Assembly: GCA_963823685.1 (NCBI GenBank)
Contig: CAWGMM010000001.1
Span: forward strand, 60,355-124,354
DNA length: 64,000 bases
Reading direction: 5' to 3'
Origin: an uncultured Isosphaeraceae bacterium
GTDB taxonomy: Bacteria > Planctomycetota > Planctomycetia > Isosphaerales > Isosphaeraceae
Shown: piece by piece, positions 22,140 through 33,448 of the stretch
Position numbering within the stretch: position 1 is the stretch's first letter
Layout: every line of letters begins with the position of its first letter
The notes under the pieces: generated by a model
What the model was told of the DNA's origin: nothing
Databases searched by the model: none
Seen by the model: only the letters and a program-made list of their open reading frames with translations
Program-made: the position numbers and the translations under genes

Positions 22140-25100
22140 CGCGACCTACCATCAATCGTGGCCAGGCGAATGATGCCCTTTCAAATGGCCGGGAAATGCC
22201 ATACCCCCCGCCTCGACAAAGGCGTGCAGGTCGAGGATCTCGTCCCGGGTGAGCACGTTCAGCAACCCGCTCCGGCATCGGCGAGACCTTTGACGCCGCC
22301 TTCTCCTCGACGTCCTTCTTGCGGATGCGCGTCAGCGTATGCGGGGGTCAGCAGATTGGTGGCGATCTGATAGGAGTCGCGCGTCTTCCTTGACGATCAC
22401 GCCGGTCACGACCCGGCCCTCGTTCGTGGCGATCTGGTAGTTCTGGAATTTCTCATGGATCTTGCTCGACGGCTCGATGATCTGCCGCAGCAGCTCTTCG
22501 CCCTTGAGCGTCTTGATCGACTCGGCTCAGGTCGGGGCCAAGGTTCACGCCGTGGCCGGCAACGACGTGACACTGGTTACACCGTGCCTTGACGAATACC
22601 GACATACCGCGCATCAACGTCGCGTTCATCATGACCGCGAGCGATCCGCGCGAAATCGGCGAAATCGGCCATGGTCCATTCCTTGACGATTTCGGCGGGT
22701 CGGCGGCGAGCATCGCCTCGGCGGCGGCCGGGTCGTTGGCGACGACCATCACGCCATTCATGACGACCCAGTGGCCCGGAAACGTGCAGAGATACGGGAT
22801 AAATACCCGGCTCGCGGGCGCCTCGAACCGCAGAACATGGACCATGTGACAGACCGCGTGGGTCCGATCATCGGTCGAGGCGTGCAGGATCAGGTTCCGT
22901 TTCATCGGCGGGACGAAGTCGGAGTTGGCGTTCCGCGGGTCCCTGGCCATCTCGTTGGCGGCCATACCGACCTCGGACATCGCGTCCGGCTTCACGATCA
23001 CGAGGTTGTGGTCGGTGGCGTCGGGATTGGTGAACACGATCTTCACCGGCTGACCGGGTGCCACGGTGAACGCTTGACCGTGAACAGCATCCGCTCGGGC
23101 ATGCACGCGATATTGACCCGCTTGAGGTCCGGCTGGCCGTCGAACTGGGCCTCGGACGCATTCGGGGTTGCGGCTCCTTGATCGACATGCTCGCGACGCG
23201 GCCTGTTTCAGCAAGCCGGGCGATGTCGTACTGCGGGTTGCCCTCCCAGTAGGGACGCAGCGTGTGCGAACCCGAGGCGCACAGGTGATCGCATAGGCGA
23301 GATGACCGTCGCGGGGATGTTTCGAGCACGTCGAGCATCGCCTCGAAGGCCGGCCGTCGTGCCGATGTAACTGGCGGCGATCGCTGCCTCCATCCGGACG
23401 ATGCCGTTCGGGATCGTTGGCCGACGTGCGGAGCAGGCTCCGGCGATCGTCAAGATGACGGATGCCAGTACGCGCAGCTGCTGGGTCGCCGCGGCGCGGG
23501 CGTGGCGGTCGTCGCAGGCGAGCAGCTCGCGCAGGAGCGACGGTGTTGACCGCGTTGATCCAGCGATACGTCCAGATGGCTTCGACCTGATGATGGCGAT
23601 ACCGCGGGTCGTCGGACTCGAAGCCGGGCAACCCAGGCGTCGAGCGCCGACTTCACCTGCGGCGACGTCGCGCTCGCGAAGCTCGCGCTTGGCCCAGTAG
23701 CGATACGCGGTATTCGGGCCGCTTGAGCAGGTCGAGCAGCTCGTCGATCGAGGCGTCCGGCGATCTTCGGCGGGTCTTGGAGCGGACTTGCCCTTCGTGG
23801 TGATCCGCCAGATCCGGCCCGAGTGCCGGTCGCGCCGCTCGTCCCGGAGCGAATACTGCATGTGCCCTTTGACCGGGTTATACCAGTCGCACACATACAG
23901 ATCGCCGCGCGGGCCGAACTGGAGGTCGACCGGAATGAAGCTCAGGTTGGTCGAGAAGAGCAAGTCACTGACATACTTCTTCGTCGTAGCCGAATGGTCC
24001 GCTCATGCCACTTGTGGATCTCGATCCGGTTCGTCGGCTTGTACCGGACCTTGATGAAGCCGCCCCGCAGCTCGTCGGGAAAGGTTGCGAAGTCAACGAA
24101 CTCGTGCCCGCAGACCCCGGAATACGCCTGCAAACCCTTGGGCGACGGATGCTGCTGAGGGTACGGCGGGTCGAGCGCGTGAAAGGCGGCGGCATAGACC
24201 GGATGGCTCGCCACGTGCTGGCCCCAGTCGTCGAACGTCACGCCCCAGGGATTCGTGCTGCTGTAGGTGCCGAAGCTGATCAGCCGGTGCGTCCGCGGCT
24301 GAACCGGAACCAGCCGCTATTCTGCTGCCGGACCGGACCGTACGGCGTCTCGACCTGCGAGTGATGAAAGACCGACTCGCGGAAGATCAGGTCGCCGTCC
24401 GGGGTCCACGTGAAGTCATGCGAGCGCATGGTGCGAGTCCTCGGTGCCGAAGCCGGCGAGGAGCTGCTGCCGGAAGTCGGCCTTGCCGTCGCCGTCGGTA
24501 TCCTTGAGGAACGTCAGGTGCGGCATGTCCGAGACGATAGACACCGCCATGGCCGAGCTCGAACGACAGCGGGATGTGCAGATCGTCGGCAAACACGCTC
24601 GAACGGTCGGCCTTGCCGTCGCCGTCGGTGTCTTCCAGGATCACGAGCTTGTCGTTCGGCTCATTGCCCGGATAAACGTGCGGATACGTGTTCGAGCAGC
24701 TCACCCAGAGCCGGCCCCGGGCATCCCAACGCATCTGGATCGGGTTCGCGATCTCGGGGAACTGTTCCTCGCCCGCGAACAGGTTGACCTCGAACCGCGG
24801 GTCGACCTTGAACGCCTTGAGCTCCTCGGCCGCCGGAAAGCCACTCGTTGACCCCGCGGCTCTGGAGCGTCTTGGGCAGCGGCGGCACATTCGAGTCGTC
24901 CACGGTTCGCCGCGACGCCGCTTCCCCTCGGCGATGTCCCAGATCCTCCGATCGCGATTGGCGACCATGAGGTCGAAATTGCGCATCGCCGGCAGGAAGT
25001 CCAGATAGCCGTACGTCTTGTTCCGGCCGCCGGTGTAGTAGAAGGTGTTGAGCGGGCGGAAGCGGCGGAAGAACTGGCTGGTTCTTGTCCACGATCACCA

Positions 25101-26946
25101 GCCGTAGCGCCTGGTTCAACCCGCGGCGGCTCCTCTCCGAAAAGACCCCGGTAGAGAAGCCTCGGAGAACAGCCGATCTCCCTCCCGCGTCAGGTGGACC
25201 CCATTGAGCGTCAGGTCCGGTCGCGGACTCGCGCATCGCCGACTCCGTGCCGCTGAAAACGTCGACGAAGCCGGCCTGCTGCTCGCGCGCGACCTCGCGC
25301 ATGGCATCGACGTACCGCTTGATCCGGACGTTGTTGCAGATCGGCCGCCGCGACGCCCGCCACGTTCTCGTTGGCGATCGGCGAGACGAGCACGACCCGA
25401 GGAGCCGATTGGCCGTTGTAGGCCTTCGACCTGAGCCCGCGAGGTAACCGGCCAGCTTCTTGCGGAAGTCGTCCAGCCCTCCCGCGTCCGCGAACGACTC
25501 GTTGAACCCGAACGCCGCCAGGATCACGTCGGCGCTGCTCGTGCGTGAGGTGCTGCTCGGTATCGGCGAAGTTCGCGGGGCGGGGCTGCAAGTCAATCGC
25601 GTCGGCCGACCAGGCCAGGTGGCGTACGACAAGTTGATGATGGGGATACCGCTTTTGCAGCATCGCCTCGAAGCTGGCCGAAGTGCTGCGCAGCGTTCCG
25701 AGCAGGGTGTTTCCAATCAGCGCGATCCGGTCACCCGGCTTCAAAACGAGAGGCAAGGCCGTGGCCACGGGTCGCGCAGGCGACGGTCGGGGCGCTGTCT
25801 TCTCGTAGATGCCAAACGCGTCGAATTTCTCGGTCGTCACCGGCGGCGCCGTTTCGAGAGCCACGTGCTTCGCGTCCCGAGGTATCACCCGGGCCTGGGT
25901 GGTGTCGCCAGCCGCGACCTTCGCCGCCCTGGCGGAATGATCGGGAAGGATCGGCGTATCCCAACCCGTCAGCTCCGACGGCTTCACGCCCTTGCGGTGG
26001 CCGCCAAAGCCGAACGTCGTCGGCTGGTACGGACCCACGAACTCGATCGAGAGGTCGGGCGTGACCTGGTCCTCCAGTCCGCAAGCCCAGAACGAGGCGT
26101 TGATCAGCATCCGGCGATAGTCGGCATCGAGGATATCTTCCGACGCTCCGTACGTGCTCGTGAACACACGGCCCGACTTACCCATGGCGTTACGATACGA
26201 GCGCACCCAGCCGCCCGGACACGGCTTCTTGTCCTCGGCGACCTTGGATTCCCGCGTCATGCCGTTGAGCGGCTTCGCCATCGCGAGCACCGTGCTGTCC
26301 GGCATCGGATCGGTCCAGTACCGCGCCGGCCTGAACCCACGGTCGCGACACACCCCGCAGGACCGGGTGCGCTTTCTGGTCGGGCACCAGGTCGAGTCGT
26401 GTGCTCATCGCGTGGTTCTTGCCGTAATGGCCCGCCCACGTCTCGCCCAGAACCTGACGCCCGAAGCCCCTGGTGAACTCAGCACCGGGATAATTCGTGT
26501 CGAACCGCGCATATGTGGACGTACGCGGAATCTTGAACGCATGCGTCGCCGTGCGCAGGCCGACCACCGGCCCGGCCCGGTCGAGGTAATCGGAAATGTG
26601 CTTCATCTGGTCATCGGGGAAATTCTGGAATCGCAGGAAGATGACCATCAGATCGGCCGTGTCGAGCGCCTCCAGACCCGGCATGAAACTCGATCCCGCG
26701 CGATCTCGCCGGTCCTGGGATCGAGGCTGAAAAGCACGGTGCACTTGAAACCATGGTGCCTGGCCAGGATGCGCGCGATGCCGGCAGCGTCTCCTCCGAC
26801 CGGTACTCGTGATCGCCCGCCAGAAACACGATATGCTTACCCAGGCCCGGACCGCGCGTCCCTTCGAATACCAGCTCGGCGGCCGGTGCCGGTACGGCGG
26901 CGAAGATCATGGTCAAGAGCGGAATTCCGATCCCGAGAGCACGCAT
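22140..26946 (-). pseudogene. large multidomain PVC-type secreted protein (ThuA-like, GDSL/SGNH-like, membrane-bound dehydrogenase beta-propeller, cupredoxin and cytochrome c CxxCH domains), split into at least 8 frames
   Basis: Signal peptide MRALGIGIPLLTMIFAAVPAPA at 26946; ThuA-like KHIVFLAGDHEY; dehydrogenase-domain fragment EVNLFAGEEQFPEIANPIQMRWDARGRLWVSCS; cupredoxin CTFPGHWVVMNG; heme motif CNQCH; C-terminal LNVLTRDEILDLHAFVEAGG. Confidence 0.55.
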
Positions 26947-26983
26947 TAAAGAGTTCTCCTGAAATTTATATCTAACATGATCA

Positions 26984-28546
26984 TCACGGCGTATTCTTGC
27001 TCTTATTCGGTTGGCCTGGCTTCGAATCGTTACCCTGAGCCGCTTTGAGAAGCGGTGCCTTCCGTTCCCAGGCGATCGCACGGCTGAAGAGGGTGGGATA
27101 AGGCTCATAGCCGTGTCCCTTGACGACCCTTAGGGTCAGGTCATCGAGCTGAGCGTCGAAGCTTCTTCGCATCGTCGCCAGTTTCTCCGTGTATCGAGGC
27201 TCGGACGCGAGGTTGGTCATCTCGAGTCGATCCCCACCGACGTGGAACAACTCCTCGACGGGCTGCATGCCATCGCCACCGTAGTACCAGTATATATATT
27301 TCCATTCTGGAGTCACCACGGCCATCGATTGGGCCGACCTTGCCCCCCAGAAGTTGAACAGGGGGAGCACGTCGTGAACCTGGCCGGTGGGATTGGTCAG
27401 CAGTGGCAGCAGGCTCTTGCCGTCGATGTCCGCAGGAGGCTCAACACCGGCCAGAGCGCAGAGGGTCGGAGCCATATCCACATTTCCCGTGATCGCGTGG
27501 CAGACGGTGCCGGCGTTCGCTCTGGGCAGGCGTGGATCATAGATCAGGAGCGGCGACTTCGAGCCTTCCTCGTAAGGCAAGACCTTGTCGCCGAAGCCGT
27601 GGGCGCCGCAGTTGTAGCCGTTATCCGAGGTGAAGATGATCACCGTCGATTCCGCAAGGCCCTCCCGTTCGAGCCCCGCGCGGATCATCCCGACCGCGGC
27701 GTCCACGCCCGCGACCAGGCGATAATAGTTCGCCAGCGCGGTGTCGTAGTCGTTGACCCAATCGCGGTAGCTGTTGAACGCCCGGCTCGTCCGGGCCTGG
27801 GGCGCGAGATATGCGGCGTTCTTGACTCCGTAATTGTCAGGCCGAGGGAAGGTCGCGTGATCGTAAAGCGGCCGGTCCAGCGGATCAGGCGTGTTGGGCA
27901 GATGCGGCGCCTTGAAGCTGACCGAGAGGCAGAACGGCTTGCCCGATTGCCTGGCCGCCTTGAGGAAATCAACCGCCCACGCCCCATACGCGCGAGAACA
28001 TTGCGGGTATTGCCCGGCGTACCGGGCGATCCCCTTGTTCTTCGCTGTCTCGTAAAAGGTCTGTCCCGGCCCTCCGGCCCACTGATCGAAAAATGTCTCG
28101 AACGCCTCGAAGGGTTCACCCTGAAGCACGAACCCGATCTTGCCGGCAAAGCCCGTGAAGTATCCCGACTCGCGAAGCCGGACGGGATACGACCGCACAA
28201 AGAACCGACGCTCCAGATCGCCGTGCTCGAAGTTGCAACCGTGGCGATACTCGTAGAGCCCCGTCAGCACGGAGCATCGGCTGGCCATGCAGATCGAGGT
28301 CGTATTGTAGTGATTGGTGAATCGGACCCCGTCGTGCGCGAGCCGGTCCAGGTGCGGGGTCTGGATCTGAGCGTTCCCGTAACAGCCCACGGCCATCGCG
28401 GTCTGATCGTCACTGAGCAGGAAGACAATGTTGGGCGGCGCGGCGACCGCCGCGGACCAGTCGGCAAGCCCGATCCCGATCGCCGCCACAAGTAAAAACT
28501 TGATCTTGCATTGAGCGAGACGCCTGGATGAATCCCGTCGGTTCAT
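26984..28546 (-). CDS. sulfatase (formylglycine-dependent arylsulfatase family)
   Basis: Signal peptide; LLSDDQ...SICMASRCS (C-x-A-x-R formylglycine motif). Confidence 0.85.
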   Translation of the reverse strand: MNRRDSSRRLAQCKIKFLLVAAIGIGLADWSAAVAAPPNIVFLLSDDQTAMAVGCYGNAQIQTPHLDRLAHDGVRFTNHYNTTSICMASRCSVLTGLYEYRHGCNFEHGDLERRFFVRSYPVRLRESGYFTGFAGKIGFVLQGEPFEAFETFFDQWAGGPGQTFYETAKNKGIARYAGQYPQCSRAYGAWAVDFLKAARQSGKPFCLSVSFKAPHLPNTPDPLDRPLYDHATFPRPDNYGVKNAAYLAPQARTSRAFNSYRDWVNDYDTALANYYRLVAGVDAAVGMIRAGLEREGLAESTVIIFTSDNGYNCGAHGFGDKVLPYEEGSKSPLLIYDPRLPRANAGTVCHAITGNVDMAPTLCALAGVEPPADIDGKSLLPLLTNPTGQVHDVLPLFNFWGARSAQSMAVVTPEWKYIYWYYGGDGMQPVEELFHVGGDRLEMTNLASEPRYTEKLATMRRSFDAQLDDLTLRVVKGHGYEPYPTLFSRAIAWERKAPLLKAAQGNDSKPGQPNKSKNTP

Positions 28547-28915
28547 GATCGACCCCGTGCTGGAATGACCCTGCAAGGCGGCGTTCCTGGTGACTTTTCG
28601 GGTTGGATCGTGGGTGCGGAACTCGTTCGCGATCAAGGTGGCCGCCCTGCATTTCGCGGGCTGCCGCCGGGGTGCTCGGGTTCGATTTCCGGGTGGACAC
28701 CTGGTGAGCCTTCGACTGCGTTTTACCAGAACCGAGACGCTCCGTGCATCGTCTTTCCGTCCCGCGCACTCCATTTTGCCACCAACCGGCAGAACTCGGC
28801 GAACTCGCACCGCGGGGACGAAACCCGTCCGGGTTTCGTGGGTTTAATCGGTCATGCGACCGGTACAAAGGTCTCGCAACGTCGCCAACGCCCTCATTTC
28901 CCGGGAGGATGCGTG

Positions 28916-30382
28916 ATGCAGCGCCCCTGGCGATTCCTGATGTTGATGTGCCTCACGCTTACGGCCTCGAGCGAGGCGGCCGAGCCATCGATCAGGCCGA
29001 ACATCATCGTCATCCTGGCCGACGATTACGGTTACGGCAGCGCCGGCTGTTATGGCGGTCAGGGGGTGAAAACGCCGAACCTCGACCGGCTCGGTCGCGA
29101 GGGCCGTCGTTTCACCCAGGCCTACGCGCCGGGCTCGGTCTGCTCGCCGACCCGCTATGGCCTGATGACCGGCCGCTACTACTGGCGTACGAGTGTCAAG
29201 GATGGCGAGGTGCTCCCGGGCAACGCCCCGTTGCACATCGAGACCGACCGGATGACGCTCGCCTCGCTCTGCAAGGGCCAGGGCTACCGGACCGCCGCGT
29301 TCGGCAAGTGGCACCTGGGCCTGGGCTCGGAGCGAACCACCGACTGGTCCGTCACCTTGAAGCCCGGCCCCCTTGAGATCGGCTTCGACCACTTTTTCGG
29401 CCTGGCGGCCAATCCCTGGAACGGCCCCCACACCTTTATCGAGGATCGCGGGCTGACCGGCCGGGTCCCCGGCCAGCCGGCGATCGTCCAGGGCCAGCGC
29501 GAGCAGAGCACGACCAGCGGCATCACCCAGCCCTGGGACGAGACCCGGATCATGCGCACCCTCACCGATCACGCTGTCGCCTGGCTTGAACAGAACCAGG
29601 CCAACGGCCCCTGCTTCCTTTACTTCGCGCCCAACGCGGTCCACATGCCAGTGGTCCCGAATCGAGCGTTCCGAGGAAGTCCTCTGGGTTCCTACGGCGA
29701 CTTCATCTCCGAGCTCGACTGGTCCGTAGGCCAGCTTCTCGACGCGCTCGACCGGACACACACCGCGGACAAGACCCTCGTGATCTTCACCAGCGACAAT
29801 GGCGGCGTGGTGAACCCTAATAACGAACCGTCGTCCAGCGCCATGAAAGCAGGGCTGGCCATCAACGGCGCCCTGCGCGGGGGCAAACACGACATCTGGG
29901 AAGGTGGATTTCGCGAGCCGTTCCTCGTTCGATGGCCCGGCCGCGTCCCGGCCGGCTCGGTGAGCGACCAGGTGATCTGCGTGACGGACGTGCTCGCCAC
30001 GCTCGCGGGCATCCTCGGAGTTCCGCTCCCCGACGGCCAGGCCGAGGACAGCTTCGACGCGCGCGAAGCCTTCCTCGCCACTCATCCCGCCCGGCCCGTG
30101 CGCGACCACGTCATCCTTCAGGATGCCCACGCCACCTACGCCGTCCGGTCGGGCGACTGGAAACTGATCGAGCGGCGCGATGCTCCCTCATTCACCCCTC
30201 GCAACGCCGGCGCCGCCAAGAAGATCGCCGCGGCTCGCAAGAAGGAAGCCGGGCACGACGAGCTGTTCAACCTGGCCAGCGACCCGGCCGAAACCAGGGA
30301 CGTCCACGCCCAACATCCCGACGTCGTGGCCCGGCTCCGTCAACTCCTGGCCGATTCCCGCGGGAATGGGCACACGCGCTGA
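28916..30382 (+). CDS. sulfatase (formylglycine-dependent), divergent from the previous gene
   Basis: Signal peptide; IVILADDYGYG...SVCSPTR motif. Confidence 0.85.
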   Translation: MQRPWRFLMLMCLTLTASSEAAEPSIRPNIIVILADDYGYGSAGCYGGQGVKTPNLDRLGREGRRFTQAYAPGSVCSPTRYGLMTGRYYWRTSVKDGEVLPGNAPLHIETDRMTLASLCKGQGYRTAAFGKWHLGLGSERTTDWSVTLKPGPLEIGFDHFFGLAANPWNGPHTFIEDRGLTGRVPGQPAIVQGQREQSTTSGITQPWDETRIMRTLTDHAVAWLEQNQANGPCFLYFAPNAVHMPVVPNRAFRGSPLGSYGDFISELDWSVGQLLDALDRTHTADKTLVIFTSDNGGVVNPNNEPSSSAMKAGLAINGALRGGKHDIWEGGFREPFLVRWPGRVPAGSVSDQVICVTDVLATLAGILGVPLPDGQAEDSFDAREAFLATHPARPVRDHVILQDAHATYAVRSGDWKLIERRDAPSFTPRNAGAAKKIAAARKKEAGHDELFNLASDPAETRDVHAQHPDVVARLRQLLADSRGNGHTR

Positions 30383-30423
30383 AGGCTCGCCTTGCACACG
30401 ATACCACGGCCAAAGCCGTCGGC

Positions 30424-31380
30424 TCACTCCGCGGTCGCGGGATCGCTCCCGCGCGTTCGCTCCAGTAACGTCTTCAACCGTTCCACTTCACTGGCGAGGG
30501 CATCCGCTCGCTGCCGTTCCTGTTCGGCATGCCGCTGCGCCTGTTCGGCATGCCGCTGCGCCTGTTCGGCATGCCGCTGCGCCTGTTCGGCGAGCCGTCG
30601 TTCCTGTTCGGCATTCTGCCGTTCCTGTTCGGCGAGCCGTCGTTCCTGCTCGGCATTCTGCCGTTCCTGTTCGGCGAGCCGTCGTTCCTGTTCGGCAAGC
30701 CGCTGCGATTGCTCGACTCGCTCGTAGCGCGTCAGAATCGGAGCCCCGGTGGTCCCATCGAACAGCCGCAACAGTGTGTCCTCGGCTTTCAATCCATAGC
30801 CGAGCTCCTCGCTGCGGAGGCGATCCTCGTCATCGCGCTCGAGGATCACGTAGCGGCCTTCGACGAGGCGGAAGCCCATTAACGGTGGTCGAAGGTATTC
30901 GCCTTCCGGGTCGAACAGGAAGTATTCGCGGACGCCCAGCCGCTCGTAGAGCCGGAGTTTCTCGCTCAGGTCTTCGCGCCAGGTGCTCAACGAGGCCATC
31001 TCGAACACAACGGCCGGAACCGCGCCATTCTTGCGCCAGGTGAAGAACGAACGACGGTGGGCTCGACCGCCTCCCTTGACGACCATGACATCAGGCGCGA
31101 CTCGCGACTCGGAATGGCCTTGTTGCCAGTACCAGAACATGTCGGCGGCGATGAAGTCGCTGGTGGATAAGTGGTCGAGCAACACCTCGAACAACGTGAG
31201 AATCGCCACGACATGAATGCCGGTCTCGCCCATGGGCTGTCCATCCGATGACGGATAGTCGATCTCATCGCGGTTCGGTGGAGGGAATGAGGGAGCGGCG
31301 AGAGACATTTGGTATTCCTCCTCGGGACCCAGACCCATCCTACATCGGATCGCGCTTTTCAGAAACCCGAAGCGAGACAT
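30424..31380 (-). CDS. Uma2-family (DUF820) PD-(D/E)XK nuclease-like protein with C-terminal coiled-coil heptad-repeat tail
   Basis: EYPSSDGQPMGETGIH...FIAADMFWYW...RVAPDVMVV...AVPAVVFEMASLSTWREDLSEKLRLYERLGVREYFLFDPEG Uma2 core; tail (AEQERRL/AEQAQRH) repeated about 9 times. Confidence 0.8.
   Translation of the reverse strand: MSRFGFLKSAIRCRMGLGPEEEYQMSLAAPSFPPPNRDEIDYPSSDGQPMGETGIHVVAILTLFEVLLDHLSTSDFIAADMFWYWQQGHSESRVAPDVMVVKGGGRAHRRSFFTWRKNGAVPAVVFEMASLSTWREDLSEKLRLYERLGVREYFLFDPEGEYLRPPLMGFRLVEGRYVILERDDEDRLRSEELGYGLKAEDTLLRLFDGTTGAPILTRYERVEQSQRLAEQERRLAEQERQNAEQERRLAEQERQNAEQERRLAEQAQRHAEQAQRHAEQAQRHAEQERQRADALASEVERLKTLLERTRGSDPATAE
30511..30712. repeat. 21-bp tandem repeat array (about 9.5 copies, unit ctgttcggcatgccgctgcgc with variants) encoding the heptad tail of the Uma2 gene
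   Basis: Direct reading of the sequence; the repeat is in-frame coding. Confidence 0.85.
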
Positions 31381-31447
31381 CGCACCTTCAATCGGTCAAT
31401 CGGTCCCAGGTCAACTCCGCGTGGCATTGACCTGGGAACATCGAGCC

Positions 31448-32566
31448 TCACAACAGGTTGACGACGCGATCGGTCAGTCCCTTCTCACCGAGCACGACGT
31501 TGAGGTGACCGGCCGCGGCGATCTTCTCGAGCGCCTCAAGCTCGCGGAGGCGCATCAGGAGCGGGTTATCCGCCAGCAGACGGGCCGTGTTGACCTGACT
31601 ACGGATCGCGGCCGTCTCCTCGCGGCGGGTCACCAGGTTGGCCTCGGCCGCCTTGCGGGCCTCGGTCACCTTGTTCATCAATTCCTTCATATCTCCCGGC
31701 AGGATGATGTCGCGGATACCTGTCGAGAGGACCTCCAGACCAAGCTCCCCCGCACGGCCGCGGAGCAGTTCCTCGGTCTCGCGCGAGACCACGTCCTTGT
31801 CCGTCAGCAGCGCGTCGAGGTCACGGACTCCAAGGACAGCCCGGAGCGCAAGCTGCGCCTCGCGGTAGAGCGCCTGCCGCGCGTCGTCCGTGGCGCAGAC
31901 GGCGCGCCGCGGGTCGATCACCCGGTAGACCACGACCACGTTGAGTCGCAAGGTGACCTTGTCGGCGGTCATGATCTCCTGACCGCCGACGTCGAGCGTT
32001 GCCTCCCGGAGATCGACCTCGACGACCCGTGCATCGGCCGCTCCGCGCCAGAACACGTACGAACCGGGCGGAAGCGTGTCGGCGTACGCGCCGTCGAGGA
32101 ACAGAACACCCACACAGCCGCGACCGACGTTGCAGGCATCGAGCCACAGGTTCGACGACGAGGCACGGACGATCGACCGCAGTTCGTCGTGCTCGAACCG
32201 AGCCCGGCGCGTGTCGACGACCTCGATCCGGACATCGCGGCGGCCCGTCCAGTACGCGTACAGGCCCGGCGGCAAGATGCCGCTGAACCGGCCCTCAACC
32301 CAGACCAGGCCGCGCTGGGTGTCCTTCAGATCGACAACCGCGGCGCAGCTCTTGAGCGCGCCCGACTTCACGATCATGTCGAGCTGTTCGTGAACGAGCT
32401 GCGGCGTCCGCTGCGAGACGATCTCGACCTTGACCCGACCGAGCGGGTCGAGGAACCAGTGCGTTCCCGCGCCGAGCAGGCCGCGGAACTCATCCGCGTG
32501 GAAGTAAAGGCCCATCTCGTAGCTGCGGACCTTGTATCGCTTGAGAGGAAACATCAGAGGGACCTC
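31448..32566 (-). CDS. SPFH/band-7 (stomatin/HflC-like) domain protein
   Basis: C-terminal SPFH core and coiled-coil (KVTLRLNVVVVYRVIDP...TGIRDIILPGDMKELMNKVTEARKAAEANLV); probable start MFPLKRY at 32566. Confidence 0.6.
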   Translation of the reverse strand, partial: EVPLMFPLKRYKVRSYEMGLYFHADEFRGLLGAGTHWFLDPLGRVKVEIVSQRTPQLVHEQLDMIVKSGALKSCAAVVDLKDTQRGLVWVEGRFSGILPPGLYAYWTGRRDVRIEVVDTRRARFEHDELRSIVRASSSNLWLDACNVGRGCVGVLFLDGAYADTLPPGSYVFWRGAADARVVEVDLREATLDVGGQEIMTADKVTLRLNVVVVYRVIDPRRAVCATDDARQALYREAQLALRAVLGVRDLDALLTDKDVVSRETEELLRGRAGELGLEVLSTGIRDIILPGDMKELMNKVTEARKAAEANLVTRREETAAIRSQVNTARLLADNPLLMRLRELEALEKIAAAGHLNVVLGEKGLTDRVVNLL

Positions 32567-32958
32567 CTTCCACCAGAAATTGCGTCCTGGTTTATCGAAA
32601 AACCAAGAATACACACTTTCACGTAAAAATGCCGTTGGGAGGCGAGGCGCTCGCCGGTCACACCTCGGGAAGCGGGGTACCGCTTGAGCCGTCCGGGCCG
32701 TCGGCGTCCGATCAACGCCGGGTGCTCGCCGGGGTCGAGACCCCGCGGTGCACGTCGAGCGATGACCATTCACCGGCGCCCGGGACGGCGGAATCCGCGG
32801 ACCGCAGGGCTCCCTTTTCGTGCTGCCGCTGCGCGGCCATTGCCTGTGAAGGCAACGCCAACGCGGCGGCCAACCAGGCGTTCGCCCGCCTCCCGCGGGC
32901 GCGTGGGTCGAGACGTTTTGACGCGTCTCGGGCTCGGTCGGTGTTCAGCCGACTGCGG

Positions 32959-33030
32959 AGCAGTGGACGGGAATCGAACCCGTAACGTCCAGGTTATCAG
33001 CCTGGTGCTCTACCCTTGAGCTACCACGTC
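32959..33030 (-). tRNA. tRNA-Ile (anticodon GAU)-like; cloverleaf is intact except for two mismatched acceptor-stem pairs (2-71, 3-70)
   Basis: D-arm GCTC-AAGGGTA-GAGC, anticodon arm CCAGG-CTGATAA-CCTGG, variable loop ACGTT, T-arm ACGGG-TTCGATT-CCCGT. Confidence 0.55.
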
Positions 33031-33448
33031 CTGATACCGCGAAGTTTTGATCCCAGTCACGGAACGCCCTGGACCGATCGTCGCGAGACGAGGCCGGTGC
33101 GCCGCTGGCTTGTCGGTATCAGTCGCTTGCCTGGAACTCATGCGAGGGCCATGGACTCACCCGGCTCTCGCAATTGACGCCGATGGGAATCGAACCCACC
33201 TCGACCAGAACGGACCACGTCGGTCTCCTGGCCGATTTTCCGGCCTCTCCGGCTCCAGCGTCTCGTCTTGCCTGTCGGGACTTGACTCGATTCGCGTCGC
33301 TTCGTGACCGACCTGTCGTCCTCGACATCGTTTTCATTTTCGTAGACGCGCGTGTTCCGCGCGATGTTCGCGCGGCATCGTTGCTTTTTCCTGTGACACG
33401 AACCCGTCGAACCGAGGTCACGCTCCAGGCAGGCGAATCGTCCTCGGG

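Noticed and set aside
28547-28915. Divergent sulfatase intergenic region as a possible regulatory novelty
   Set aside because: Ordinary divergent promoter arrangement; no repeats or structured elements noticed.
33165-33250. Possible second tRNA gene (T-arm and acceptor stem present)
   Set aside because: D-arm and anticodon arm cannot be folded canonically; kept only as a tRNA-like remnant inside a finding, not as a feature.
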